A DNA stretch of 64,000 nucleotides from Eledone cirrhosa (Eukaryota), in assembly GCA_964016885.1 (NCBI GenBank), contig OZ024745.1, positions 127,162,001-127,226,000 of the forward strand. Reading direction: 5' to 3'. Shown piece after piece: positions 32,206-46,007 of the stretch. The translations under genes were made by a program, and so were the position numbers. The stretch's first letter is position 1. Each line of letters opens with the position of its first letter. The notes beneath the pieces were generated by a model. The model worked only from the letters and a program-made list of their open reading frames with translations, ran no database searches and was not told the DNA's origin.

Positions 32206-32499
32206 TAGTGTTGTTGTGTATATATATATATATTTGAGGGTGTGTGTATATATATATATGTGTGTGTGTGTCTATGACCAGTGTATATAGATCACAGACA
32301 CCCACATATATATATATACAGACACACGCATATATATATATGTATATACACACACACATATTTATATATATATATACATACACAAATGTATATATATGGG
32401 CCTTCCAGTTTCATTTCACATTATATACATGTCTGTGTATATTTTAATAATTTAAAAATTATTTTCAAGCGAACATGATTTTTTTTTATATTTTGAAGT

Positions 32500-32531
32500 G
32501 AACGTGACCCAACGGGTCACGGGTGGTCTAG
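32500..32531 (+). mobile_element. Helitron 3' terminus
   Basis: Hairpin cgtgaccc aac gggtcacg then CTAG|T. Confidence 0.6.
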
Positions 32532-33096
32532 TTCTTTATAACAATGACACAAGACCAGCAATTTAGGGCAAGCAGAAAGTCGATGATGGATATTCTAATA
32601 CTTAACTAGAACTTTATTTTATCAACCCCGGAAAGATGAAAGGCAAAGTTGACGTCGGTAGGATTTGAACACAGGACAGAAAGATCCGAAGCAAACGGTG
32701 TTAAGTACTTTAACAGACGCTCTAACAATTCTGCCAATCCAACACATTGTCCTGAGTCGTTGATAACATTAACATGAAATATTTTTGTGGGAAGGGTTTT
32801 TGGAGTAACGTTACTCGATAGAATGCGTAACTCGGAGATGAGAGAGTTACTCCAGGTAGAGCCGCTACTTCTCCGAATTGAGATATCACATCTCCGATGC
32901 TATGAACTGGAGGTTAGAATACCTTTAACAATTCTTCCAATCCAACACATTATCCTGAGTCTTTAATAACAATAACAGGGAATGGAATATTTTGTGGGAA
33001 ATTAAAAGAAATTTAAACGTTTAAGTGAGCTTTATTGATTGATTGATTGGTTGGTTTGAAAGTGATGGGAAATTGATATAGTTGATTTAATTTACT

Positions 33097-33287
33097 GGGT
33101 GGATTGGCAGTATTGGTAGAAGGTCGGACGCCATGCTTTGCAGCAAAGAGTTACGGCCCTTTATGGTCTGAGTTCAAATCCCGCTGAGGTCAACTTTGCC
33201 TTTCGTCCTTACGGGGTCGATAAAATAAAGTACCAGTAATGCACTGGGATAATTGCTGACCTTGTCCCAAAAGTAGAAACAATTATT
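33097..33287 (+). mobile_element. SINE family 1, full length (other plus copies: 20236-20448, 20468-20695, 24384-24502, 29426-29510, 54786-54975, 63887-64000)
   Basis: A-box-like tggattggcagta, B-box gagttcaaatccc, core and tail, (att) end. Confidence 0.88.
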
Positions 33288-33288
33288 A

Positions 33289-33457
33289 GCGTATTTCCCG
33301 GCGTCGAAGACGCTGCTTTTTTTCCTAAAATAAGTCTCAAAAATCTACCCTGTGTCCTGGAGGCCGAAGGTTCTTTATAAATTTTTTTCAAATTTTTGGT
33401 TGTTAAAATTAGGGTGCATCCTCGAGGACGAAGCGTCTTCGGCGCCGGGAAATACGG
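33289..33457. mobile_element. Tc1/pogo-like MITE (same family as 63104-63255)
   Basis: TIR cgtatttcccggcgtcgaagacgc / gcgtcttcggcgccgggaaatacgg, TA flanks. Confidence 0.85.
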
Positions 33458-33536
33458 TAATTTTTTCTTTTTTATTCTTAAGAGTTATGAGTGACAGAAT
33501 CGGAAAAACATCGATCAAAGTATGTGTATGTGTGTG

Positions 33537-33826
33537 AGGAGATGGGAGGAGGTCGCTAATGATCGCCCACGATGGAAGCAGGTACTGCGCAAGGGGATGG
33601 AGCGAGAGGAGGAAAAACTGAAACTCGCCTCCGAGGAAAAACATGCTCGGGAAAAAAAAACACAGTAGCATCGGGGTAGAGCATCTACAAATGCAGTCCC
33701 CGTATGTAGGACGACCACTCCCGTGAGGGCCTGTACAGTAACACCAGACACTGCACTGCCACCTGCAGCTTACAGGAAATTCTTTAGGTGCAGATCCATG
33801 CTCTTTCGAGACCAACGGATGCCAAT
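33537..33826 (+). mobile_element. RTE-BovB-like LINE 3' fragment
   Basis: WEEVANDRPRWKQVLRKG..EEK..; decayed zinc-finger tail YKC...SREGLYSNTRHC. Confidence 0.75.
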
Positions 33827-33835
33827 ATGTGTGTT

Positions 33836-33879
<44 letters not shown>

Positions 33880-34053
33880 TGTGTGTGTGCGTGTGCGTGT
33901 GTGTGCGTGTGTGCATGCGTGCGTGCATGTATAAATATATCTATATATCTATATATATAGGAAAATAGTATTTTCCTATTACCCACTCTACTACCCTAAG
34001 TATTGAGTACTCTGCTGCGGTATGGTCCACCTGGTACCTTACCACACCCTCTC

Positions 34054-34138
<85 letters not shown>

Positions 34139-35003
34139 CATATGTATATGCATGTGTGATGCATCACACATTCAACAGGGCCCAACAATGAAAGGACTCT
34201 CTGTGTGCGTGTGTGTGTGTGTGTAAGTGCATGTGTGTATGTATGTGTGTGTATGCATGTCTGTGAGTATGTATGTGTGTGTTAGGTTAACATCACACAA
34301 CCAACAGAGCCCAACATCTCTGGTAAAAACCCTACTCCTTTAGTCCGTTTTCTTCAATAAATACGTTGCATCATATATTTGATTAAAATATCACAAACAG
34401 GGGAGGCGTTTAGTATTTACATCCGTGTGTGCTGTTATCTTGAAAACAAATCTGTGTTGTTGTCATCCTTTATTCTCATATTTCTGTACATATACTATAA
34501 ATTTAATTGGACTGAATTTATATACTCTCGGCTCTCGAATAATCACCTACCCAACGCTTATTAATCTTTCAGATGTTTTCCAACGCCACCCCATTCTATC
34601 GCTTTATTAACCATCCCCATCACCACCACCACCACGCTCAGTAAATTTTGCTAATCTATCTCCAGCGAAATTTTATTTTAAGTGGTAGTATTTCTGCGAC
34701 AATTAATTTTCTTAAGACAATAAAAAAACATTATACATTACTAGAAATCCCATACGTTATAAAATAAATAGGATGGGTTTGGGTCTAATATGTAAACTAA
34801 ACCACTAATTCTGGTTTTTTTTAAACAAATCAATTGAGACAACCTAGGAAAATTACCGATTTTCCAAACCCCTTGCTTATTTCACCCAACTCCCTTTTAT
34901 TTGGGACACGAGGGTGCATTGAAAACATTGTTTTGTTTTTGTTTTTGTGTTTTTATATACTTTATATTTCTAATATATTTCCTACTTTTCTGTTTATTTA
35001 CAG

Positions 35004-35716
35004 TCTATAAATTGAAAGTCGAATTCAGATGCCGTGGAAATGAGCACAAACTATTGAAATGCCCGAGAAGACTTCGTCGCAACCAGTTAATGAAAATCGC
35101 ATGTGCAGCGAAACACGTGTCAGCCGGTGTAGTCTGTAAAAAACCACGAAGAATACCAACAACACCGTTACCCACAACAACTACAACCAAAGCCACAACA
35201 ACGACAACTATCTCAACAACCAGTCGAAGTCATTTTAATCCAAATAAAAACATTACAAGTATATTGGATGCACTTGCTGCCAATAGGAGTGAGCCAGAGA
35301 TTCGCCTAAACGAAGAAAATAATCTGAAAGATAATCGCAATGTGTTGAAAGACGGAACTCACAATATTGCTGGCAACACAGAAGGAAGCTCATCATCAGA
35401 GAATGGGGCTCCGAGAAAAAAGGAAGAGGAAGACGAAGAAGGAGAAGAAAATGGAGGAGAACATGAAGGAGGAGAAGGAGTAGGAGGAGAAGGAGTGGGA
35501 GGAGAAGGGGTAGGAGGAGAAGGAGTAGGAGGAGAAGAGGTGAGGAACAGTAGTTATACTGGAGAAAATACTAGTGAAGAAAGCGAAACGGAAACCACAG
35601 AAGAAACTAAAGGAGATATATTGAAGAAAATAGTCGAAAATCAGGAAACAGAAGATAAACCTGAAGATACTAATGAAAGTGCTGTTGACCAATCAAAGGA
35701 TGAACAAGGAAAGGAG
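35004..35716 (+). CDS. Internal exon of SRCR-domain gene (LOXL2-like): C-terminal half of one SRCR domain plus long Thr-rich/acidic linker
   Basis: Pyrimidine tract + CAG at 35001-35003, donor GTAAGT at 35717. Open frame YKLKVEFRCRGNEHKLLKC...IACAAKHVSAGVVCKK has the SRCR C-terminal CxGxExxLxxC...AGVVC pattern. Starts phase 1, ends phase 0. Confidence 0.85.
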
Positions 35717-36215
35717 GTAAGTGTTACAAATTTATCTTGTGACAACAAAAATAACAACAATAATTACTTTTCTATAGTCTAAAGTCTAAAGTCTGTCTCA
35801 AGCCAGAAAGCTCATTTAGCCGGTGCTTATCCCGGTTTCATGGCTTGAAGCGACTGGGAGTACAAGACTTCCCTCTGAACAGGACGCCAGTCCATCGCAG
35901 TGTTAAACCCCCAGCTATTGCTGGTACTCATTTTCAGCTGAGTATACTGGAGCAACGTGAAATGAAGTGTTTTGCTCAAGAACACAACATGCAACCCAGG
36001 AATCAAACCCACGACATTATGATCGTAAGTCCAACACCCTTACCACTAGGCCACGTGCCTCTACTCTTTTCTCTAGACGTAAGGTCAATTCTTGGACAAA
36101 TACAGTTATGGCTGACTGAATATGGACGTGTGTTTTTCCCCATTTTTTTCTCATTTCTTCCTTGTTCAGTCCTCTTCTCACTCTTTATCTTTCTATTTCA
36201 TCTTCTATCTCTAAC

Positions 36216-36251
36216 TCTTCTGATGAAGGACTAGTTTCCGAAACGTTAATA
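36216..36251 (+). ncRNA. Minimal hammerhead motif (family A)
   Basis: TCTT CTGATGA A GGA ctagtt TCC GAAA CG TT AATA. Confidence 0.7.
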
Positions 36252-36889
36252 CTCTTTTCCTACTATTTCAAGCGTTAAACTAATATATTTCTTCAATGTA
36301 CTGTCATTTGCTTTGTTATTTCGGTTTACTTTTTACATACATATATAAAAACCATTAACTTTACCTCTCTCTAAAACTGGTACACATTCTGTCGAATAAT
36401 CTGTTTCTCTTTCCCTCCCTTTTACCCCTTTATGGCATTTATAGTCCCTTACTTTACTTTCCTATACAGCCAAATCTGCCCTTTTTTACCCCTTCCACCT
36501 TCTTTTCATTACTTGATTTTGTTTTTAGCTTTTTTCTTCATATTTCCATCATTGTATAACTTCTATCTGTAAAATATAGTTGACGTAATATGTTTATGTA
36601 TAACAGATAACAATCAGAAATCTGTAAAATAATGGTTTCTGATTTAGGCACAAGGCCAGCAATTTTGGGGAAGGTGAAAGTCTATTAAATCGATCCCAGT
36701 GCGTGACTGGTAATTTAAATTATCGACCTCGTATGGACGAAAGGCAAAGTTAACCTTGGTGGGATTTGAAATTAGAATGGCAAGGGCCGTAACTTTATTT
36801 TACGAAGCAGGGTGTCGGGCGCCCTCCTGCACAGCCAATCCACCGCCCTAAAAACGATCATAGTTCCCATTCCGGGAACCTTCTTCTTC

Positions 36890-36958
<69 letters not shown>

Positions 36959-37120
36959 CTGGGAGGGTCATGGGTGCAGAGTCCTCAAACACTCCTTCTC
37001 GCAGGTTCTGTCTTCTGAAACAACCGTCTCTAACTGATCCAGCCGGATCCCCAAGCGAGACCAACCAAGCTCATGGATGTATCCAACCATCTTGTTCAGG
37101 GTGAGTCTACCCCTGGTTCT

Positions 37121-37242
37121 AGTAGCGTAGTTAGAGGGGGCGAGGGGGGGCTCCGCCCGGGCGACACTTTTATGGGGTCTGCCGTAGGCTATAAGCGTTC
37201 TTTTAATGCTGCAGCATAATATTATAATTGTACACAGACTAG

Positions 37243-37313
<71 letters not shown>

Positions 37314-37410
37314 CTTTAAGAGTGAGTCACTGAGCAATATGGATTTTTGTAGGGGCACGGGGGAGGCAAACAGAAAAGTTGCCCGGGCGGCACACTCTAG
37401 CTACGTCACT
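37121..37410. mobile_element. hAT-like MITE splitting an RTE fragment
   Basis: agtagcgtagttagag / ctctagctacgtcact ends; RTE sequence resumes after it. Confidence 0.65.
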
Positions 37411-38038
37411 TCTTCGTTCTCCTGTCGGTTGGTTTTACCCGTAAAATCTAGCCCCAGAATCTGAGTATAAATTTGTTAATGGAACACTTTTTTATCGTTA
37501 TAAATCCCAACTTTATTATCCAACAAAATTTCCCATAGTTCTGACAGAAGGAAGACCATCCGTTTATAGATATCTGATTCTAATTTGGGGAACATAATCA
37601 GGGGAGTAAAAATAGAAGACACAAACAAAACAAAACAAAACAAAACAATTTTACTTAAATAAAAACCTGACTGAATATTTATTACAAAATATTATTACAA
37701 AATAAATACATCTGTAAATATCATTACAGGAATGTAGAATTCTTTGGATGAAAAACATGAGGAAAAAATAATGAAACTTATTTTTCAAGGGTTTCTTCAT
37801 CATTTTGTAAGGGTTATTATTGTTATTACTATTTATTTTTCATTTTCATTTTACCGTAATAGTACTAGCGAACTATATCTTGGCATGCTCTTGTCAAATT
37901 GTTTTCATTAAAAGCTTAAGTGAAGAAACATTTATCAAAATGTTGTTCGTACCAGAAGCATATTAAATCTCTTAACTATGGAAAATAGAAAAAACATGAG
38001 TTTCCTGATATATAGATATGTATATATATATATGTATG

Positions 38039-38262
<224 letters not shown>

Positions 38263-38316
38263 TAAATATATATGTATGTATATATATATATAAATATATA
38301 TATATATGTATGTATG

Positions 38317-38365
<49 letters not shown>

Positions 38366-38449
38366 GTGTGTGTGTGTATGTGTGTGTATATATATATACA
38401 CACAAACATTCGCTTACTAATTCCAGCTAAATGTATGAGTGGGTGTATA

Positions 38450-38480
<31 letters not shown>

Positions 38481-38572
38481 GCCATAAAACAAGCTAAAGA
38501 ACACTAAAAAACACATGTACGCATACACTATATCCACTCGCTTACAGATTCCAGTTGAATGTGTGTGCATGA

Positions 38573-38624
<52 letters not shown>

Positions 38625-38709
38625 GAATTTTACTCGCCCTATATATATATATATAAATGAAAAGTATAGAAATTGTTGTAGCGAGAAGCTAACAGTATTC
38701 CATAACATA

Positions 38710-38727
38710 TAACGATAACTTGTTATC

Positions 38728-38783
<56 letters not shown>

Positions 38784-39075
38784 GATAACAAGTTATCGTT
38801 TTAGGTAATCCAGTTAGAGATTGTGAGTACTCTGTACTATGGATAGTTTTAATGTACGGCGTTGTTTGACTCTGCAAGAGGTTTCCTGAGTTAGGTAACG
38901 AGTTTACAGTATTCCGATGATTTGATCAGAGACACACACTGTATTTAAGGTCGAGTGACGCAATTTCGAGTGATTAGCCGCCTTTAGACTCACCTAATCA
39001 ATGAAACAATTGTTAATACTGTAAATAAAACCCTTTTTGTACAGCCGACCATGTTATTCTTCACTCCTTCACCAT
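38710..39075 (+). mobile_element. (TA)n-flanked hammerhead element with short inverted copy of its end
   Basis: aacgataacttgttatccca (TA)n tgggataacaagttatcgtt, then unique about 290 bp with hammerhead, then TA. Confidence 0.65.
38903..39025 (+). ncRNA. Hammerhead motif with long stem/loop II (U4C change)
   Basis: TTTACAGTATT CCGATGA TTTGAT..~70 nt..ATCAAT GAAA CAATTG TT AATACTGTAAA. 11-bp perfect stem I and palindromic CAATTG stem III. Confidence 0.75.
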
Positions 39076-39263
39076 ATATATATATTAGAAAATGAGGTTT
39101 TTTTACAAAATGAAAAAAAAACGAGTGATAGTATAAGGAAAAAAGATGAAATCGAAAATGCAATTGGAGTCTTTTTTTAAATATTTATTTGGTTCCTTTA
39201 CTGGTTTAGCAGTTCTTGTGCTTTTCAAAAATAGAATTGAGATGGAGGGTTTGTGGTTTTTCT

Positions 39264-39333
<70 letters not shown>

Positions 39334-39439
39334 AAAATGAGTTGTTGTTTTTTTAATAAAAAAGCAGATGCCCTACATAGGTGAAGCTATAAGGTAAGTA
39401 AAAGAAATCGATGGAGGGTTTGTGGTTTATCTCGCTCTC

Positions 39440-39810
39440 ATACAAGCCGCTGTCAAATCTATATCTTGTATGACGCTCACAAAACGATCTAAAGAGAGTA
39501 TTGATGATTGCTAGACAAGGATTCTGCGTGTGGTTCTTCATGGGAATTAGAAGCAACCGATGTCAAACGAATGCCTGTATGGAAATCTCCTAAAAGTAAC
39601 GGAGGGTGACCTCCGACTACCAGGATATTGTTCATCAGATCTTGAAGAGAAAGCGCCAAAATTTGTCATGTAGGATCCAGGGACCGGTGTAGGAATGTAT
39701 GGATGTCTTTTGACATACATTGACAATCGGAAACAGGATACTGGCCTGGAATCTGTTGAGGAGCTGACGGTGGAAATAGGGGATAGTAAAGTATGGAATA
39801 AGGACTATTT
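39440..39810 (+). mobile_element. Old RTE/RTE-X-type LINE 3' fragment
   Basis: TLTKRSKESIDDC*TRILRVVL..SNECLYGNLLKV...TYIDNRKQDTGLESVEEL...DSKVW. Confidence 0.7.
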
Positions 39811-39898
39811 TTAAGCTTTGGCTTAAGTGGTAGCCCAGCCTAAGTAAGTTACAACAGATATACAGAGAAATACACGCACACACATTCACGCACACACA

Positions 39899-39929
<31 letters not shown>

Positions 39930-39954
39930 TCCCTCTCCCTCTCTCTCTCACAGT

Positions 39955-39985
<31 letters not shown>

Positions 39986-39990
39986 CGAGT

Positions 39991-40277
39991 GAAGGCGCAT
40001 GGCTTAGTGGTTAGAGCAGTAGGCTTGCAATCGAAAGGTTGTGAGTTCAATTCTCGGAACAGGTGATGTGTTGTTTCCTTGAGCAAGACACTTTATTCTA
40101 CGTTGCTCCAGTACACTCAGCTGAAAATGAGTACCAGCAATAGCTGGAGGTTTAACCCTGCGATGGACTGGCGTCCTGTCCAGGGGGGAGTCTTGTACTC
40201 TCAGTCGCTTCACGCCATGAAACCGGGATAAGCACCGCCCAAATGAGCCTTCTGGCTTAAGACAGACTTTAGATTTA
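39991..40277 (+). mobile_element. tRNA-derived SINE family 2 (copies 35778-36062 -, 44305-44592 +, 45377-45642 +, fragments 25170-25280, 47085-47130)
   Basis: A-box tggcttagtggttagagc, B-box gagttcaattc, CORE-like ttgagcaagacact...cagctgaaaatgagtacc, (gacttta) tail repeats. Confidence 0.88.
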
Positions 40278-40757
40278 CGGCCTGCCCGCCCAGCCAGTGG
40301 GATGGCGTCATCGTATGGCTAAAACAGCACGTCCTGGTCGGTCAAGGTGATATATATATCACATAGGAAACGGAGATCCGTTTCTTATGACATATCATAC
40401 TCTGCTCTGTAAGAACATCGAGTGTTCAAATGGCCTACCACTTACGGACGTTTTAAGCATCCCACATCAATAATAATAATAAATTTGAAGACTAAAATCC
40501 AAAGAGGGCTCGATAAGGATAAATATATATCAGCTATATAAGAACCGTAGAGTAAATATATATATATATATGACCGTTATTGCTCCAACGAATCTACTCA
40601 CCTTCAAAAACTACCCAACGTGTGTGTGTGTGTGTGTGTGTCTTTATACGATAGGGTAAACATATATTCTTGCAGGAAGAAGGTGGTATTAGAGGAAATG
40701 TGTGAATGTGTGACATTAAAAGGAAACGAAGAATTCCATTGTAAGGTTAGTGGAAGT

Positions 40758-41131
40758 GATGGGTGATAAATAATGGTTATCTTATAATGGTGTTATAAGT
40801 TGACCAGAAGAGATGGGTGATAAATAATGGTTATCTTATAATGGTGTTATAAGTTGACCAGAAGAGATGGGTGATAAATAATGGTTATCTTATAATGGTG
40901 TTAAATGTTGACCAGAAGAGATGGGTGATAAATAATGGTTAACTTATAATGGTGTTATAAGTTGACCAGAAGAGATGGGTGATAAATAATGGTTATCTTA
41001 TAATGGTGTTATAAGTTGACCAGAAGAGATGGGTGATAAATAATGGTTATCTTATAATGGTGTTAAATGTTGACCAGAAGAGATGGGTGATAAATAATGG
41101 TTATCTTATAATGGGGTTATAAGTTGACCAG
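40758..41131. repeat. 54-bp minisatellite x7
   Basis: gatgggtgataaataatggttatcttataatggtgttataagttgaccagaaga. Confidence 0.95.
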
Positions 41132-41812
41132 TTACATGAGGGCGAGGTTTTAAAGAAATATTCTGTTAATAATTTGTAGAATTCTGAAGAGATGATTGTG
41201 TAACTAACTATATACAGTGTACACCCGGCATTCGCGGTCCCGGTTATTCGCGGATTTTTTTTCTTAGAACCTAACTAATAATTATTCGTGGAAACCACCG
41301 CATATTCGCGGAATCGTAAATATCTTCCGCGATTTTTTAATGGCTTTTTTCGTGGCAATATATATTTTTCACGCTTTTTAACGCTAAATTATTAATAATT
41401 GTTTCTACTTTAGGCACAAGGCCAGCAATTACCAGTACATTACTGGTACTTTATTTTATCGACCCCATAAGGATGAAAGGCAAAGTTAACCTCGGCGGGA
41501 GTTGAACTCAGAATAACTCTATGCGTCAAAGCAATGGTGTCCGACCCTCTACCGATACTACCAATCCACCCGTATCTGCCGGCCTATATTTTACGTTATG
41601 TTTTGACGTTTATAGGCATTTTTATGGCTCACGTCCGATATTCGCGGTTTTTCACTCTTCGCGGGTGCTCTAGGAACGTAACTCCCGTGAATACCGGGGG
41701 GACAACTGTACTTATGACAGTTATAATGTTCTTATCAAGTGCGTGTGTGCGTTGATATTCTCCCTCTTTCGCTCACTGCCTACGTCTCTCTCGCTCTCCC
41801 CATCTCTCATTA

Positions 41813-42345
41813 TTATAAGTAAATGGGGGCCCATGCGCTGACCGCCCTGCGATCCTGGCGGATAAGAATAGAGAATGCCTTTCCCTGGTGGATGGTGAGG
41901 GAGACGCGTTGGAATGGCCATTCCAGCTCACGAGGCTCACGCCTGCGGGTAGCCAACACCGTGCTGATGGTGGTGAGTAGAGAGGTGGTCCTAGGGCTAA
42001 AGATACCAGAAGTTTCCACTGCTATGGGTAGTCAACTCCGTGCCGATGGTGGTGAGTAGAGAGGTGGTCCTAGGGCTAAAGATACCAGAAGTTTCCACTG
42101 CTATGGGTAGTCAACTCCGTGCCGATGGTGGTGAGTAGAGAGGTGGTCCTAGGGCTAAAGATACCAGAAGTTTCCACTGCTATGGGTAGTCAACTCCGTG
42201 CCGATGGTGGTGAGTAGAGAGGTGGTCCTAGGGCTAAAGATACCAGAAGTCTCTACTGCTATGGGTAGTCAACACCGTGCCGATGGTGGTGAGTAGAGAG
42301 GTGGTCCTAGGGCTAAAGATACCAGAAATCTCCACTGCTGCGGGC
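41813..42345 (-). mobile_element. CRE-like fragment whose 5' part is amplified as five 79-bp tandem units
   Basis: VETSGIF.PR...EPRELEWPFQRVSLTIHQGKAFSIL; unit gccgatggtggtgagtagagagg...caactccgt repeats 41953-42340. Confidence 0.75.
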
Positions 42346-42914
42346 TTGATCGTAAGAGGAATTAAAGTTTTGTTCAAATATTTGGGGGAGTTTTCTAGCT
42401 ATTTATGTGACTCTAGAAATATGTAATGAGTCTTGTGTGTTTATTTGTGACCTAGTAGTTTTGCAATATAAACGATGTATTACTGTTGTGACAATATTCC
42501 TTATATGTATTATGTTTTATTTATTTAGTTCATTGTTAATTCTATTAAACGTTATGTTTATATAATTATAATATGGAAAGATGAGAAGTTGGAACATGTT
42601 GATAGAAGGGTGGTTGAAAGAGTGGCGGGACGTTATATACTATAATTATCTGAATATTGTATAATACTAACAAAAATCCTTGAAATTCATTTGATAATTA
42701 AGTAAAGGAGTAGATGTACTTGCTAACTCTTAATTTACTACTGTTTATTAAAGAAGTGAGCGACTTTGTTGTGGCAGAAATTTTATTTTTTTTAAATAGG
42801 AAAACCATTGTGATTTATGTGTGAATAACGTGTTCAGTTTAATGGAAAAGTAAGAGAAAGTTTTTTGTGTAATTAATCTTGGTTAATGAACGAAAGAATA
42901 CGATCGCGAATACA

Positions 42915-43308
42915 ATCGGCCGAAATGGGGTTCCTCCGAAAAGTCTTTGGAGTAACGTTACTCGATATAGTGCGTAGCTCGGAGATGAGAGAGTCACTCA
43001 AGTTAGAGCAACTACTTCTCCGAATTGAGAGATCGCAGCTCTGATACTATGGACATGTGGTTAGAATGTCATAGGAAAGAATTGCTGGACAGATCTTACG
43101 GGCAAAACCAACTGGTAGGAGACACAGGGGTAGACCCCGTCAAGATGGTTGGATAACATCCATGAGGTTTGCTGGTCAGGTTTGGGGATCCAGCCGGATC
43201 AGGTGGAGACGGTTGCTTCTGACAGGACCCACAGGAAGGAGTGTTTGAGGATTCAGCCCCCACGACTCTTTGAAGAAGAAGAAGAAGAAGAAGAAGAAGA
43301 AGAAGAAG

Positions 43309-43338
<30 letters not shown>
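42915..43338 (+). mobile_element. RTE-clade (Expander/Rex3-like) LINE 3' end with (GAA)n tail (copies 11575-12050 -, 19905-20200 +, 32790-32925 +, 36955-37455 -)
   Basis: Translates with breaks as LLLRIERSQL*YYGHVVRM...KPTGRRHRGRP..RWLDNI...VASDR...PPR, the RTE C-terminal signature. Confidence 0.85.
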
Positions 43339-43339
<1 letters not shown>

Positions 43340-43769
43340 GTAATTGAGAGGTCCCTACTCAGCCGTTCCAGATTCATTGTAGGATGAAGTCTCAGCAACT
43401 AAGCACGTTTTGAGGCTACCTGGTCATACTGACAAACTGAGAGTTAGACCGGATGCGAAATTTGAACTCAGAACGTAAAGATTCAGAACAGGTAGTGCCA
43501 AGCCTCTAACAATTCTACCAAGACACTGTCCTTAGACTGGTATTTTATCAACTTCAGAAGAATAAAAGACTAGTACTCGGTGAAAGTATTTAACCCGATG
43601 CTCTCACAGTCTGCTACCTGTTATCTAATCACAAGGAATGAATAGATGATTCCTTTTTGTTTATTTGTAACTTTTCAAGCGAACAGGGTGTCCCCAAAAA
43701 ATGTATACACATATTTATTAGAATGCCGTTGAAGTGTGTATATATTTGGAGGTGGGGGGCATCCTGTAT

Positions 43770-44160
43770 TAATTGGAACATCAAGCATAAGTAGTGAAAG
43801 AGTCACTCGCTGGGAAGAAAAACTTAACAACCTCACATCAGTAACAACAATGAAACTAAAGGAGAACGACCACTGCCCCCTGGAGCAAATACAAACTATG
43901 CAGTGTAGAAATGCCTAAACAGACTAAGATCTGGTGTTGGACAGCAAAAGTCACTCTTGCAAAATGGGGACATTTAAATGATGGGGATGTTGTGTGTGAC
44001 TATACAGCACCTCCTGACCTACCCCTTGCTGGAACACCCCTGCACAGCATTGGACTTGGCAGAGTTTAATGAGAAAGTACAGCAATGTGTTCAGCTGTGG
44101 CGGAACCACATCTAGTCAAGCTTTGTAACTGACACTCTTGTGGAGACGACAAGAAGAAGA
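43770..44160 (+). mobile_element. Ingi/Vingi-like LINE 3' fragment
   Basis: PPGAN..V*KCLNRLRSGVG..LAKWG...CD..TIQHLL.YP...CT.LDL...W, followed by (AAG) tail. Confidence 0.7.
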
Positions 44161-45005
44161 AATAATTTGAAAGCGTACCTTATATTTATTTAAAATTTAT
44201 GTAGTTTACTGTTTATTCATTTAAAGATTGTTCTGTTGAGACCGATATTGTATCATTGATATTGGTTGCTGCATTCGTTGGATATAAGACGAATGTTTTT
44301 GAAGTGGACTAGTGGTCTGGGCGTTGGACTTATGATCATAATGTCGTGGGGTGGATTCCTGAACTGGGCTGTGTGTTGTGTTCTTAAGCAAAACACTTTA
44401 TTCACGTTGCTCCAGTATATTCAGCTGAAAATGAGTACCAGTAATAGCTGGGGTTTAACCCCGCAATGGACTGGCGTCCTGTTCAGGGGTGAGTCTTGTA
44501 CTCTCAGTCACTTTACCCCATGTGAAGGGATAGGCACCGGCCTGGTGAGTCTCCTGGCCTGAGAGAGACATTAGATTTTTAGCTTTTAGACTTATTTCCT
44601 CCGGAAATTATTTTTAGACTCAAAGACTTAATATTTTTAACTTTTTCGGGGAATTGATTATTATGCAAAAATAATTAAGACTGGCGATTATGCACTTCAT
44701 AGATCAGCATTGACACTCACACAACCATAAATACATATACTCGCCCACATACGCATACCCATCGCCACACTCCACTCACACATTCACACTCACACCATCT
44801 ATATGGAGGAAGTTAAAAATTTGAATACATGTACAAAACAGACAACCCCTCCCCACATACACACGCATGAAATATATTTTTGTTAGTAATATCCTGCACG
44901 TTTATGTACACACGAACATATGGACAACTGATTACTATAAACACTAACTTAACTGTATTGCAAACTTCTTTAATGTAACTTTAAACCTTGATTTATTGTG
45001 GTAAT

Positions 45006-45330
45006 AGGCGACGAATTGGCAGAGTCGTTAGAACGTCAGATAGAATGCTCTGCGGTATTCGTTCCGTCTCACTGTTCTCTGAGTTCAAATCCCACTGAGG
45101 TCAACTTTACCTTTCATCCTTTCAAGGTCGATAAAAAAGTACCTGTCTAGTACTGGGGTCGGTTCTTCCTCTATATCTCTTTCTCATTTCCTCTCTCTCT
45201 CACTTTCTATCTTTCTTTGGAAGACCTCTACTGTACTCAGGCCTGGAGAGGGATGAGCTCCGTCTGTCTTAAAATACATAAGAAATGCCATATATCAATA
45301 CGGCGCCCCTGGAGTTACGGGACCATACAT
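45006..45330 (+). mobile_element. SINE1-related subfamily with alternative pyrimidine-rich tail (copies 10921-11170, 11405-11560, 54155-54480, 59741-60090)
   Basis: Same tRNA head and core, then tactggggtcggttcttcctctatatctct...ctggagagggatg. Confidence 0.8.
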
Positions 45331-46007
45331 ACATTCATTGTAGTAGCCATTCTGCAAGCCTAATGAAATTAACAGTGGAGGCACGTGGTAAGGGTGTTGG
45401 ACTTACGATCATAATGCCGTGGGTTCGATTCCTGTGTTATTGAACAAAATACTTCATTTCACGTTGTTCCAGTATATTCAGCTGAAAATGAGTACCATCA
45501 GCAATAGCTGGGGGTTTAACCCTGCGATGGACTGGCGTCCTATCCAGGGGGGAGTATTGTACTCTCAGTTGCTTCACGCCATGAAACCAGGATAAGCAAC
45601 AGACAAATGAGCCTTCTGGCTTAAGGCAGACTTTAGACTTTTAATGAAACTAACTTATGTACACACACTGCCAAAGCACCGTCAAGCATTGTAAATAATT
45701 TAGTTTGAAATTTTTATTTATGTAGATTAGTTTGTTCATTTAAATCGATTAGCCAGGCTAGTTTTTGTATTTTCATATTTATATTCATTTACAGTTGTCT
45801 CCCAATATTCGCGGGGGTTACGTTTCTAGAGCACCCGCGAATATTGAACGTGGTCCATAAAAATACCTATAAACGTAAAAAGATAACATAAAAACCAGAA
45901 TTACTTCCTCTCAATCACATCACTAATACATCACGTGGAAACTGAAAACTACAGAACTGTAACACCGACTTCCAACCGGTAGAAACAATAGTTTATAACT
46001 TTGCCTA

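Noticed and set aside
39991-40065. tRNA gene
   Set aside because: A and B boxes continue into SINE core and tail; multi-copy SINE head.
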